The notes under the pieces: model-generated
What the model was told of the DNA's origin: nothing
Databases searched by the model: none
Seen by the model: the letters and a program-made list of their open reading frames with translations, nothing else
Position numbers and translations under genes: made by a program
Shown: one piece after another, positions 8,601 to 17,224 of the stretch
How positions within the stretch are numbered: position 1 is the first letter of the stretch
Layout of the letters: every line of letters starts with the position of its first letter
NCBI GenBank assembly: GCA_038239645.1
Contig: JBBSEO010000001.1
Location: forward strand, 1 to 52,585
DNA: 52,585 nucleotides
Source of the DNA: Chthoniobacterales bacterium
Lineage (GTDB): Bacteria > Verrucomicrobiota > Verrucomicrobiia > Chthoniobacterales > UBA10450
Direction: 5' to 3'

Positions 8601-11600
8601 CCCATACTCGTCCCGGTATCGACCTGGTCAGGCAGATTAAACTCGCCGGTGTGCGGATTACCGAAATTGACAACAACGTAGATATCCAGATTTCCCTGCT
8701 CCGCGTAGGCCTGCAGGTCGCTCAGATCGACGCGGAAGTAGAAGTTGCCGTCGCCCTTCTGTCCCGTCACTGGATTGGTCAGGGCCGGATCCCCACCATC
8801 GTGCGCGTAGAACGCGACCATATCTCGCGAGGAATCGAAGCCGTCGTAGCCGTGGTAAATGTCCGAGCCTTGCTTATTCGTTCCATCCCCGTCGTAAGGA
8901 TCGAGCGCAATCAGGTCGTTCGCGGTCCAATCGGTAAACTCATGTTTGTTCGTGACAGATCCCACCGTGGTCGAGATACCGGGTCCGATCGTGATTGCGC
9001 CTGGAGGCGGTGGCGCCGGCGTCCCCGCGGCAAGCGGGTCCGAGCCATTAATGTATTCCTGCAAATTCGAGACTCCATCGCCATCAGGGTCCCCGTCCAC
9101 GCCGTTAGGATCGCCTGGCCCAATCACCTTTCCGGTCCGCAGATTGTAATGCCCCGCCATGCCATCGCTGAATGGATCAAGACCGTGCTGTAGCTTCCAA
9201 CCGTCCGGTAAAGCATCACCCGTGGTGCTAAAGCGCCGCGGGTCAGTTTCCAGCCACACAACATCCAGCTGATCCGGCCGAACCTGGCCACCAGGGCGAA
9301 AATAGGAATTGAGCTTCGTCGTGCTCAGAGCCGTCGAATAGTACGTCTTTAGGTCAGTTGGCTCCCGGTAGGTATAGCAGAAGTCCGAATACCTGAAGGT
9401 GACAGGCTGAGTGCCGGCAGTAGTTCCAGTGACGGTCAGAATCTGGCGTGGGTCGCTGAAGGTGCCGAGCACAACATAGTTGCCGTTACCATCCACCTGA
9501 TTGCGATCAATAATCGCGAGATCGACAATGCCGTTGTGGTCTGCATCTTCCTGACCATCGGGAACACCATCACCGTCGGTATCAGGATTGTTTGGATCAG
9601 TCTCCAGCCAAACAGCATTAGGCGAAATTGAAAGAACGCGCGTTCGATCCGTCCTCGATCTATTGTAGACCGTCGGAGGATGCGCGATGATATTTTCTCC
9701 GTCGACACCATTAGGCAGAATATCGACGCGACCGTTATGAATGACCCGATAGATCGGCTGATTATTCGAACCTAATGTCACGGAGAGCGTTCGGTCTTCA
9801 AGACCATCATTAACGCCATCATCGTCCGTATCCGGTTTGTTCGGATCGGTCACCGAACCCGCGATTTGATCGGTGCGTGAGTTGTTCAGGTTGTACGGCC
9901 ACGGATTAAAGTAGTCATAACCGCTCGGGGCCGAGGCCTTGTCCGTGGTGTTGTAGACTGGCGGGTCGAGATCGGGTTGGAAATTCGGCACGCCATCGCC
10001 GTTGGTATCGGTGGTAGCATCGGTATCGCCGACAGCTCCGGCCCATCCCAACTCGAGGCCATCGGAAAGTCCCTCGCCATCGCTATCCGGGCTCAGCGGA
10101 TTCGTCCGCCCGGAGATGGCCCAGAGGTGAACCTGGTCGTTAGTCCAAAGCTCTGAGTTCGTGGTCGGGAGGGGAATCGAGGTGGTCTCGATCGCGACCG
10201 GTCCGACGCTCGAGTCATAAATGTAATAACCGAGACCGTCGTCATCGATATCCTGCTTACTACTGGTCGCAACCAATTGCCGAAAGACAATGTGCGCGTC
10301 GCGACTCGCCATGGCGCTACCGTCAGGCGTCGTGACGGTCGAGATAAACTGAAAGTCTCCAGCGCTCACATTATTCCAGGTAAAGTTCCAGAATTTGCTC
10401 CCTCCCACCGTGCTCGGGTTCGGTGAATCCGAAGTATTGGGATTCAGCGTAATGTTGCCAGACCCAATGCTGAAGTTGACCGCGACCGAAGTCGCGGCGG
10501 CGTCCGTCTCCACTTGAATCGGCACGGCCCGCTGCGCCGGCGTTGGGTTCGCGACATCGGGCAGGACAATCTGGTAAATCTTCCCATCGGAATCCACCTC
10601 GGGCGGCGTGACGATGGTATCCTTAATCACCGAGACCACCTTGGCCTTGACCAACCGCGAGGCTTCGAGAGTCGGTTGCCCGGTTGCGGTGTAGGTTACG
10701 TCGATGTCATGCAGAAAATCAGGCAGGCCGTTATAAAGGTTCGGTAATTGAAACGCGAGTTCATCGTAATCCGAAGTCACGTCGTAGTTAATGCTGTAAC
10801 TTGCCTGCGGCTCCGTCACCGCGCTGTTTAGAGTCCCGGATTCGCTGCTGCCGATCCGGATAAGGAACCGACTGAGGAGCTGGGCGGGCGTGAGCCCGCC
10901 GGCCAGCGACTTACTGAACCATACCTTGAGGATGTAATTGGAGTCGACCTGATCGCCGTTATTCTGTGGATAAGGGATGAACATCCTGACGCTCGGACCG
11001 GCGGTGGTCACGTTGCGAACTAACGTCGTGTAGTGGCCAGCCCCGTCGGAAAGACTGAAATCCTTATAGGGGGACGAAGATAGCTCGCGCAGACGAACCT
11101 TGATCTGTGCCGTCCCGCTCGCGGGGATATTGGCGTAATCGAACCGCCATTCACGCTGGTAAGAACTACTCACGCTGGGATTTGGTGTCACCTCGGTCGC
11201 CAGGACCCAACTGGTGGCGAGATTACCGTCCCAGACACCGTTGCCGTTCAAATCCTGGAAAGCTTCACCAGCATCGTAAATCCCGTTTGAATTGGCATCG
11301 GTGAAGGGCTCGAACCCGCCTCCATTTCCTGCCCGGGTGCGGGTAACCGTGTCGTCGTTGGACGGATCGCTGTCGTCAATGTGATACCAGACTTCGGTCA
11401 CGCTGGGATCAGTCCGCACCACCACCCCGTAGACCGAACCACCAATGGCATCATTCTCGGCTGGGAATTTGATTTCGCCCTGCGGCGGCTGGGCATCGTA
11501 GTAGAAGGTTTGAGTGAAGGTATTAAAGATGGAAGAGCGCAACCCGTTACCTAAGCTGGCGCCATCTCGCTTTAGAAAGGCGCGCGCGCGCAAGACATGG

Positions 11601-14329
11601 AAGCCTTCGCTCAGTCCTGTTTGCGTTTGTCCGAAGTCGTCATGGGGATAGAATACCTTGGTCGAACCGTTAAAGTTGCTGACCTGAAAGGTCGTAACCA
11701 TCTGTTTCTTGCGAAAGGCGCCGTTGGCGTCGCTCGGGAACTGGCTGGACTGTCCGGTCTTGGCAATGCCGATCTTATACTTCACTGTGCCGGCCGGCGC
11801 GCTGAGGTTTGCGACCCGCCACCAATCATCTGTACCTTCGTTGCCCTGGAAGGTCATTTCGGCCACCTGAGTCGTGCCAAGGCCAACGCCGGCGGCGCCC
11901 CCAGGATTCGATCCGTCGCCGGTATAATAGAGATACATGCGTAAGCCCGCGCCGACCCCATTCGTCTTCGCCCAGACCTGAAAAACATTCCCACTACTCG
12001 TTAGTTGCGTGGTTGGATGCGTCCCCCCGTAGCTTCCAAAACCAGCCGTCGGGTCGTGGTAGACAAAAGTCGCCGCCGCGATGTCGGAAGGGTTGGTGCC
12101 AGCGCCGGTGACGGTGGTTCCGCCCACGGTGTAAGTCTCCGCGCCGGAGGAGCCGAAGGTATCGTGCGCGACGAGGGTGGCGGCGAACTTCTCCGGGCCG
12201 GTTCGATCGACAAAATTCGGTTGTTCGTAGCCAAGGAACACATCGGTGGACAGGCCGGGCGGATAATCGCGTTTGCCGACGGGATCGTTGGTGTTGCCTC
12301 CGCCGTTGAGGTCGATACCGCCGTCCAATTTAAAAAGCACATTTTCGGCCGAGCCGTCCGTCCGCACAATAAAGGAGAGGTCCGAAGCGTCAGTAATGCG
12401 CGGAATGGTGTAGGGATAGGAGTAACTGCCGGCCACCGCCCCGGCGACGCCATACGGGTTGAAGTTCGGATCGCCGTCCGGCCCATCTTTGCGCACGTAG
12501 GTCAAAGCGCCGGCGGCTTGTCCACTTTGAAGAATCGTTAGCGGCTTGCCCCCGCCGAGCGACCAGCCGTTACTCTCCTCGGGACTGCGCCAGGAGAAGG
12601 CGAAGTAGCCGCCGGGCGGAATGATCGTCGAGCCATTAACAATGTTACTGGCGTATTGATAGAAGCCGCCGCCGTAGGTGGAGTAGTTATAAAGGTAACT
12701 ATCAGCGCCTCCGGCGGTGTGCGCGAAGCTGGTATTGAAGACACGTCCCTGACCCGACGCGTAGTTGTCATTCATCATGAATAACAAGGTGGCGCCGTCC
12801 GCGTCCGACATGGTCGAGTTTTCGCGCTTGTCGATACGCTCGTAAGCCACGACGTCGTTATCGCTCCAGCGGCCGACCTGGGAGCCGCGCGCGAACTGAT
12901 TATGAATGGAGAGAAGATTCGGAATCCGCGGATCGGAATACTGTCCAAGAAAATTCGTATTGGCGTGGCGCGGGAAAGCTCCGCCGCTTTGCCCGAGGGT
13001 CTGCGCCTGATGATTGCCATCGGTATAAATGAGGCCGATCCCGGCACGGGTGAAATAGAGAGCATGTTGTAGCTCGCGCCGTGAGGCATAGTCGTTGTCA
13101 TGACTCTGGGCGTGCATCACCGCCAGACCGGAACTGAACCCGTAACTCCCATCGCCATCCAAGCCGTTGAGCGTGGCACTGGGATTACCAAGAACGTTGT
13201 TCAGGTTCCCCCTGAGAACATTGTCGACCAACCGCATCCCGGCGTTGAAATAGCCCGAATAGGACGGGGGCTCTCCGAGATGCTCGCCGAATACCATGGC
13301 GTTATGCCGCGGTTTTTCGGTGTCGAAGACAGACTCGCGCAGGTTCGAACGGTAAGTGTCGCCAGCAGGGTAGTTAAACTTCGCGTCATTAAAACCATGA
13401 GTGAGGTTAAACTGACGCTGGGTTTGGCCGAGGTAGCCGTAGTCATTAAAGTCCTTATCTGCACCATAGGTGGCGCCAAAAAAATCAGGGCTCACATGTT
13501 TGACCGCGTCTAAACGGAAGCCATCGGCCTTGGTCCGGTCGAGAATCCAGCGTGCGGAGCGATTTAGGAAGTCCTGGACATACTCAGAGTAAAAGTCGGA
13601 GTGCTGCGCGAGGTAGGAAACGGTCAAACCATTGTTCGGGCCAAAGCCCACATAGTTTCCGCTGGCATCGTAGCAGTAATACTCCGGACTGTTCGGGTGG
13701 CGGATGAACTTGACCTTGGGGAAGGTGCTGCCCTCAGTGGCGCCGAAGTTTTCGTTCGTTGTTCCCGGTTCCTGCGCGATATCGATCAAATCGGCGAGGC
13801 CGAGATGCTGAACCTGCCACTCGCTGTTGTAATCGCGGATATTGTCCCACTTCCGGTAGAATCCTTCCGGGGTCAGCCGAAGATGAAAATCCTCCGGCAC
13901 GAAGCCGGGATAGAGATCGATCGGCGTCGATTCATTATATCCCGGGACGTCGAAGGAATTATGATTCATGACGTTGTCGAGATAGATGCGAATGCCAAAG
14001 CGATGCGCGGTTTCGATCAGGCGAAGAAGTTCGCCTTCGGTGCCGTAGCGAGTGCGGATCGAGCCGCGCTGGTCTTTGCTGCCGAGGTCGAAGCGATCGA
14101 ATAAATCGTAACCAACGGAAAGGCCACCGCTTCCTTTTGTCGGGGGTGGCAGCCAGATCGCATCGTAGCCGGCCTCAGCCAGCTCGGGAATTTTCTGCGT
14201 GATCTCAGCCCAATCGGTATTGAAATACTGGATCATCGTCTCCGCCCGCGACGAGCAGGGCCGGAGGGCAAGCAGGAGCAGCGCTAAGGCGGCGAAAGTG
14301 CGGAAGCGATGAGGGGGGGTCACATGCAC
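5609..14329 (-). CDS. Giant (2906 aa) secreted multidomain alpha-glucan-active protein: N-terminal GH13 alpha-amylase, Ig-like and Ca-binding repeat region, GH57-like module, C-terminal FYRLQVSLIP module
   Basis: Uninterrupted 8721-nt ORF with a GTG start and a signal peptide (ALALLLLALRPCSSRA). GH13 motifs: MIQYF, AIWLPPPTKG, IYLDNVMNHN, DGFRLDAVKH, FGEHLG, AQSHDND. Repeated DxDxDGxxDxxE motifs occur at aa ~1410-1760. GH57-like motifs occur at aa ~2060-2310: IHGNQALQP, GTLDLLGSTFSDHILGYY, LWTPERASS, NADAY. Confidence 0.9.
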   Translation of the reverse strand: MHVTPPHRFRTFAALALLLLALRPCSSRAETMIQYFNTDWAEITQKIPELAEAGYDAIWLPPPTKGSGGLSVGYDLFDRFDLGSKDQRGSIRTRYGTEGELLRLIETAHRFGIRIYLDNVMNHNSFDVPGYNESTPIDLYPGFVPEDFHLRLTPEGFYRKWDNIRDYNSEWQVQHLGLADLIDIAQEPGTTNENFGATEGSTFPKVKFIRHPNSPEYYCYDASGNYVGFGPNNGLTVSYLAQHSDFYSEYVQDFLNRSARWILDRTKADGFRLDAVKHVSPDFFGATYGADKDFNDYGYLGQTQRQFNLTHGFNDAKFNYPAGDTYRSNLRESVFDTEKPRHNAMVFGEHLGEPPSYSGYFNAGMRLVDNVLRGNLNNVLGNPSATLNGLDGDGSYGFSSGLAVMHAQSHDNDYASRRELQHALYFTRAGIGLIYTDGNHQAQTLGQSGGAFPRHANTNFLGQYSDPRIPNLLSIHNQFARGSQVGRWSDNDVVAYERIDKRENSTMSDADGATLLFMMNDNYASGQGRVFNTSFAHTAGGADSYLYNYSTYGGGFYQYASNIVNGSTIIPPGGYFAFSWRSPEESNGWSLGGGKPLTILQSGQAAGALTYVRKDGPDGDPNFNPYGVAGAVAGSYSYPYTIPRITDASDLSFIVRTDGSAENVLFKLDGGIDLNGGGNTNDPVGKRDYPPGLSTDVFLGYEQPNFVDRTGPEKFAATLVAHDTFGSSGAETYTVGGTTVTGAGTNPSDIAAATFVYHDPTAGFGSYGGTHPTTQLTSSGNVFQVWAKTNGVGAGLRMYLYYTGDGSNPGGAAGVGLGTTQVAEMTFQGNEGTDDWWRVANLSAPAGTVKYKIGIAKTGQSSQFPSDANGAFRKKQMVTTFQVSNFNGSTKVFYPHDDFGQTQTGLSEGFHVLRARAFLKRDGASLGNGLRSSIFNTFTQTFYYDAQPPQGEIKFPAENDAIGGSVYGVVVRTDPSVTEVWYHIDDSDPSNDDTVTRTRAGNGGGFEPFTDANSNGIYDAGEAFQDLNGNGVWDGNLATSWVLATEVTPNPSVSSSYQREWRFDYANIPASGTAQIKVRLRELSSSPYKDFSLSDGAGHYTTLVRNVTTAGPSVRMFIPYPQNNGDQVDSNYILKVWFSKSLAGGLTPAQLLSRFLIRIGSSESGTLNSAVTEPQASYSINYDVTSDYDELAFQLPNLYNGLPDFLHDIDVTYTATGQPTLEASRLVKAKVVSVIKDTIVTPPEVDSDGKIYQIVLPDVANPTPAQRAVPIQVETDAAATSVAVNFSIGSGNITLNPNTSDSPNPSTVGGSKFWNFTWNNVSAGDFQFISTVTTPDGSAMASRDAHIVFRQLVATSSKQDIDDDGLGYYIYDSSVGPVAIETTSIPLPTTNSELWTNDQVHLWAISGRTNPLSPDSDGEGLSDGLELGWAGAVGDTDATTDTNGDGVPNFQPDLDPPVYNTTDKASAPSGYDYFNPWPYNLNNSRTDQIAGSVTDPNKPDTDDDGVNDGLEDRTLSVTLGSNNQPIYRVIHNGRVDILPNGVDGENIIAHPPTVYNRSRTDRTRVLSISPNAVWLETDPNNPDTDGDGVPDGQEDADHNGIVDLAIIDRNQVDGNGNYVVLGTFSDPRQILTVTGTTAGTQPVTFRYSDFCYTYREPTDLKTYYSTALSTTKLNSYFRPGGQVRPDQLDVVWLETDPRRFSTTGDALPDGWKLQHGLDPFSDGMAGHYNLRTGKVIGPGDPNGVDGDPDGDGVSNLQEYINGSDPLAAGTPAPPPPGAITIGPGISTTVGSVTNKHEFTDWTANDLIALDPYDGDGTNKQGSDIYHGYDGFDSSRDMVAFYAHDGGDPALTNPVTGQKGDGNFYFRVDLSDLQAYAEQGNLDIYVVVNFGNPHTGEFNLPDQVDTGTSMGWQAVVASYQTDKGAVYLWNKNSPTHSTGIGQDLSQFGVTVRDQTSANGFKKAFYNSDLDAVEFSISRQALLDAGWDGNDATKLIYQVFTTRDGTQDNPPGAGDIGGRSDIRDSIRNDGIASDYYLDQANITGSKSVLSSWVGLQADNDRGKRVKVMSVIHGNQALQPGTIMQDLINNGQGAGLYRPLDVHQAFGVPLAMHITPTAASAIQWAKVASSSTRPYRDGPALNAKISSMMANGTLDLLGSTFSDHILGYYDSTFSADNVALARDFLTRIYGQPPSSAVLWTPERASSADVIQKVGQLGYNYTFVDQLRHLWKWFGRTSALGSDGYRVNQINGENLFVINDGVSAQLFTNDDNGLPVLLRQLLNRKARSIQQDQVVTFVNQWENFSSQTNADAYDKNIRWFASHPWIEIVTPDQIAADQSGHSTTNTGTTWNKVARGTGVSLSNVAKDFVDHATEENYDNWYNGSGLEESLVSKKFNLRTGIQLGTAFGLQSSSGVAHSTWLAVNGIAPATGNDGLISLARATMHAAQFETAFHDQTNVDLSKFSTGVYINPDTSFQSLAGFAKIAQAQTREAAIYARVNNWATAAAQGDYLGSVMSDQVDVDLDGENEYLLYNDRLCVVFERLGGRMIGAWLRDVDTGYVTQVIGNLASYAGSETEEEGNSNYITSNGALTLNAFRTSGFKDWYAKNGTSLGTSQYVNDYYTATAVNGGWKFTSSDGKISKTLTLTPSKGLLQASYNLSGYTLLYVRFGLSPDLLDLFTSGQAHLSNIVSAGSDTNLFNNGTNRTVRAFLRTSGGSYTGASYNSSATDIDSSIVADTVSMRNQAQTQQIELQGGSTMSFALGFETGRELTYDSDGDGIPDWWTQQFFGHPTGQASDLSRSGDDADHDGLSNLQEYIFGSNPVVADGSAAMRLTIVRATPSSVKLSFPTVRDRSYQLYYTNSLTSPNWQPAGAPLLGDGASHDIIDDGTSTGSAPTTTQQRFYRLQVSLIP

Positions 14330-14486
14330 TTGGTGGGGGTCAGCGCTCGCGGTCGTTTTTCATGAACGAAAGCCATTTAGTGTAATGGATTCCAGGGTGA
14401 TTGCCCGACATTTTTTTACCTTTTTCAGTAAGTAGATCGGGTTTCGCCCTCCAAACTGCCTGCTGGTCAGAGGGAGCCCGGCGGCC

Positions 14487-16592
14487 TTATTTCTTGCGGA
14501 AAACTTCCACCGCGCGCCAGTTGGGAGCGGGAGGATTTGCCTCATACTCGAGCGACTTATCGAAATACATTTTGGCGAGATAATCATTGGGGGAAAATTC
14601 GAGGTAGCGGGAGAACAGACCCCTGGCCTCACTGAATTCGCGGTTGCGGAATTTTTGGATTCCCTCTTCGTAGCTTTCGAGCCACTTCAACTGCTCGCTG
14701 TCTAGATTTCCGTTCCGCGCTTCAACGATGGTGTAAACGTCAACCGGCTCGGTTTTCCCCTTCACCTGCGCGCGGGCGACGGAGCGAAGATGAAAATCGT
14801 CACGGATCAGATCCGCCGCCCCGCCGCCGACCAGGATGTCGACGCCGTAGGTGCGGGTCAGCCCTTCGAGGCGCGAGGCCAGATTGACGGCGTCGCCGAT
14901 CACCGTCGGATCGAGGCGCTCGGAGGAGCCGATGTTCCCGATCAGAGCTTCGCCCTGATTGATTCCGATGCCCATGCCGAGAGTCATTCGGCCTTCGGTG
15001 CGCCAGCGTTCATTCAACGTTTTCAATTCACGGCGCATGGCCAGAGCGGCGCGCGCGCAGGCCTTGGCGTCGTTGCTCACGCCCTGGCTTTTCACATTTC
15101 CCCAGACGGCCATGATCGCGTCGCCGATGAACTTGTCGAGGGTGCCGTCATTTTCGAAAACAACGTGAACCATCTGGCTGAGATATTCGTTCAGATGGGC
15201 CACGAGGACTTCCGGATCGGCATGTTCGCTCAGGGTGGTAAATCCGACGAGGTCGGAAAAGAGAACCGTGACCGGTTTGCGCGAGCCCTTCATGCTGGAG
15301 TAGAAGCCGCTCGGATTTTCCAGTATCTCCTTCACCAGATTCTTGGAGACGTAACGCTCGAGTGTGCGCCGGGTCCGGAGCTTCTCGATCCGTTCCAGCG
15401 CGTAGTCGATCCCGAGAGTGCTGATGCCGCCGAGGAGAAAAGCGGAAAGCACCGGGACGGTGGCGAGGAGCAGTCCGGAGTAACTGTATGATGCCCAGGC
15501 CGCGAAGAGGTAGCAGGCGGAAATCAAGGTGAGCAGGCCTAGCTCCTCGAGCGGCCTTCGGACCAAAGTGATCACGGCCCACGCCACTAGCGCCGCGAGC
15601 ATAACCAGGGCGAAAACGTAGCGAGGCCTGAGCCCATGCAGCCATTCGTGAGCAATCGCCGCGGCCATGACCTGTAAATGCACCACCGGCCCGTGCGTGT
15701 CCGGGCTCATGGGTGTGGCGGCAAAATCGTGCTGGATCTGCGACGAAGCGCCGACGATCACTACCTTGTCCTTAAAAAAGAGGCCATCTTTGTAATTCAG
15801 ATGCCAGAATTTCGGATCGAATAATTCATAGAGCGGCAAGGGCAGATAGGCGTCGTTGGAGCTGAAGCGAAACTGGTGATCGGCTTCGTCGCGAATCACA
15901 TCGCTCCCATGCCCAAGCTTCATCAACGCACGAGTGGTGAGAGCGCGATACGGCTTGGCACTTGGGTCCGGATCAAGCCCGGCGAGGAGACGGTCCGTGA
16001 CATAAAAGCGCGCCGCCCGCAGTTTGCCGTCGAGCGGATCGGGAAAATAGTTAACGTAACCAACCCGATCATCGTCTTCCGCGGGAGACGGAATGAGCGA
16101 TGGGTTCGGAAGTATCAGCTGCGCCGAATTCTGCATATCAAAATTCTGCCCGACGACCACACGGTCTCGATACCGGTCAAGCGCGGCGCGAAACGCCGGA
16201 TCACCATCATTCGGCGGACTGAAGACGATATCGAACATGACCAGTCGAGCCCCGGCGCCGAACAAGCGATCGAGCAACAGCGCCCAGACTTCACGCGACC
16301 ATGGGTAGGGTCGCTCGGTCATCAGCTGGAAGGCGCGGTTGTTCGCGATTTCCTCCGGAGCGAGCGGCGGGAGAACGAGCGAGCTTTGATCAATGCCAAC
16401 GAAAACAAAATCGTCGCGGGTGGGCGTCTTGCGGAACTGCCGCCGGAGATAATCCTCAAAACCCTGCTCGCCGTGCCACGGAAGGCTGAGAAAGGGAACG
16501 TCCGGATAGAAAAAACCGGAGACGACAACTGCCGCCCAGAAAGTACAAATGAGGGCGAAAACGAGGGCGCGATGTCTTCCCAGCCAGTTCAC
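14487..16592 (-). CDS. Membrane-bound class III adenylate/guanylate cyclase with a periplasmic CHASE2 sensor domain and a C-terminal TPR-like tail
   Basis: 701-aa ORF. It has an N-terminal TM helix, an extracytoplasmic domain of ~300 aa, three TM helices, then a cyclase catalytic core (VTVLFSDLVGFTTLSE ... DKFIGDAIMAVWG ... IGDAVNLASRLE). Confidence 0.9.
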   Translation of the reverse strand: MNWLGRHRALVFALICTFWAAVVVSGFFYPDVPFLSLPWHGEQGFEDYLRRQFRKTPTRDDFVFVGIDQSSLVLPPLAPEEIANNRAFQLMTERPYPWSREVWALLLDRLFGAGARLVMFDIVFSPPNDGDPAFRAALDRYRDRVVVGQNFDMQNSAQLILPNPSLIPSPAEDDDRVGYVNYFPDPLDGKLRAARFYVTDRLLAGLDPDPSAKPYRALTTRALMKLGHGSDVIRDEADHQFRFSSNDAYLPLPLYELFDPKFWHLNYKDGLFFKDKVVIVGASSQIQHDFAATPMSPDTHGPVVHLQVMAAAIAHEWLHGLRPRYVFALVMLAALVAWAVITLVRRPLEELGLLTLISACYLFAAWASYSYSGLLLATVPVLSAFLLGGISTLGIDYALERIEKLRTRRTLERYVSKNLVKEILENPSGFYSSMKGSRKPVTVLFSDLVGFTTLSEHADPEVLVAHLNEYLSQMVHVVFENDGTLDKFIGDAIMAVWGNVKSQGVSNDAKACARAALAMRRELKTLNERWRTEGRMTLGMGIGINQGEALIGNIGSSERLDPTVIGDAVNLASRLEGLTRTYGVDILVGGGAADLIRDDFHLRSVARAQVKGKTEPVDVYTIVEARNGNLDSEQLKWLESYEEGIQKFRNREFSEARGLFSRYLEFSPNDYLAKMYFDKSLEYEANPPAPNWRAVEVFRKK

Positions 16593-16798
16593 GGGCGCAA
16601 TCTTACGAATGCGCGCCAGTCTTGGGAAGGACGGAGCTTATCTCCGGTGCTTGCCAAATGGCCGGGGCGCACTACTTTTCCGGCCCGGTTCAACGTTGAA
16701 TCGACGGTCGGCCCACCTGATCCCGCGCAGCGGGATCGCCTCGATGCGCGAGGTCGCGACGACCGCATTATACTATAGAACAGCGCGTCGAAAGGAGA

Positions 16799-16815
16799 TT
16801 CCCGCCCCGCGGGAA
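16799..16815 (+). promoter_or_regulatory. 7-bp hairpin (TTCCCGC-CCC-GCGGGAA) between an AAGGAG Shine-Dalgarno-like element and the rplT ATG
   Basis: Read directly from the sequence. AAGGAG sits at 16792-16797, the hairpin at 16799-16815 and the ATG at 16824. The linear SD-ATG spacing is 26 nt; with the hairpin folded, about 9 nt remain unpaired. The regulatory role is inferred. Confidence 0.35.
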
Positions 16816-16823
16816 ACAACAAT

Positions 16824-17210
16824 ATGCCCAGAGCTACCAATGCCCCGGCCAGCCGGGAACGACGCAAACGCGTCCTGAACAAGGCGAAAGGTTATCGCGG
16901 CCGTCGCTCGAAACTTTTCCGTTACGCCAAAGACGCGACGATGAAAGGCAAGTATTGGGCCTACCGCGATCGCAAGACGCGGAAACGCAATTTCCGCATG
17001 CTCTGGATCCAGCGTCTGAACGCGGCGGTGCGCGCGAACGGTCTGACCTACTCGCGTTTCGCCGAAGGGATCAAGGCGGCCGGCCTTGGGCTGGATCGCA
17101 AAATTTTGGCCGAGATGGCCGTGAGCGACGAAAAAGTTTTCGCGGCGATCGTCGAGCAGGTGAAGAGCGCGCTCGAGAAGAAATCGAAGTCCTCAAAAAA
17201 GGCGGCGTAA
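16824..17210 (+). CDS. rplT: 50S ribosomal protein L20
   Basis: 128 aa: [42 protein letters not shown]...[25 protein letters not shown], a classic L20 sequence. Confidence 0.97.
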   Translation: MPRATNAPASRERRKRVLNKAKGYRGRRSKLFRYAKDATMKGKYWAYRDRKTRKRNFRMLWIQRLNAAVRANGLTYSRFAEGIKAAGLGLDRKILAEMAVSDEKVFAAIVEQVKSALEKKSKSSKKAA

Positions 17211-17224
17211 ATTTCCGATCGAGA

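Noticed and set aside
14311-14320. A G7/C7 homopolymer 9 nt into the giant glycosidase ORF (GTG CAT GTG ACC CCC CCT) as a slipped-strand phase-variation switch.
   Set aside because: Seven residues is short for a contingency tract. Runs of 6-7 identical bases occur repeatedly elsewhere in the window, for example A7 at ~4425, ~13478, ~29625 and ~38156. There is no population data to show length variation.
14360-14632. ORFs 14360-14632 (-) and 14401-14583 (+) in or near the cyclase/amylase spacer as small genes.
   Set aside because: Both overlap the well-supported 3' end of the cyclase gene in other frames, have no motifs, and would leave no room for the operon promoter.
16549-16878. Possible rpmI (L35) or infC remnant upstream of rplT.
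   Set aside because: The 109-aa ORF is not Lys-rich and shows no resemblance to L35 (MPKxKTxxxxxKRF...). It overlaps the cyclase start and the rplT start. No L35-like small ORF is visible in any plus-strand frame of 16593-16823.
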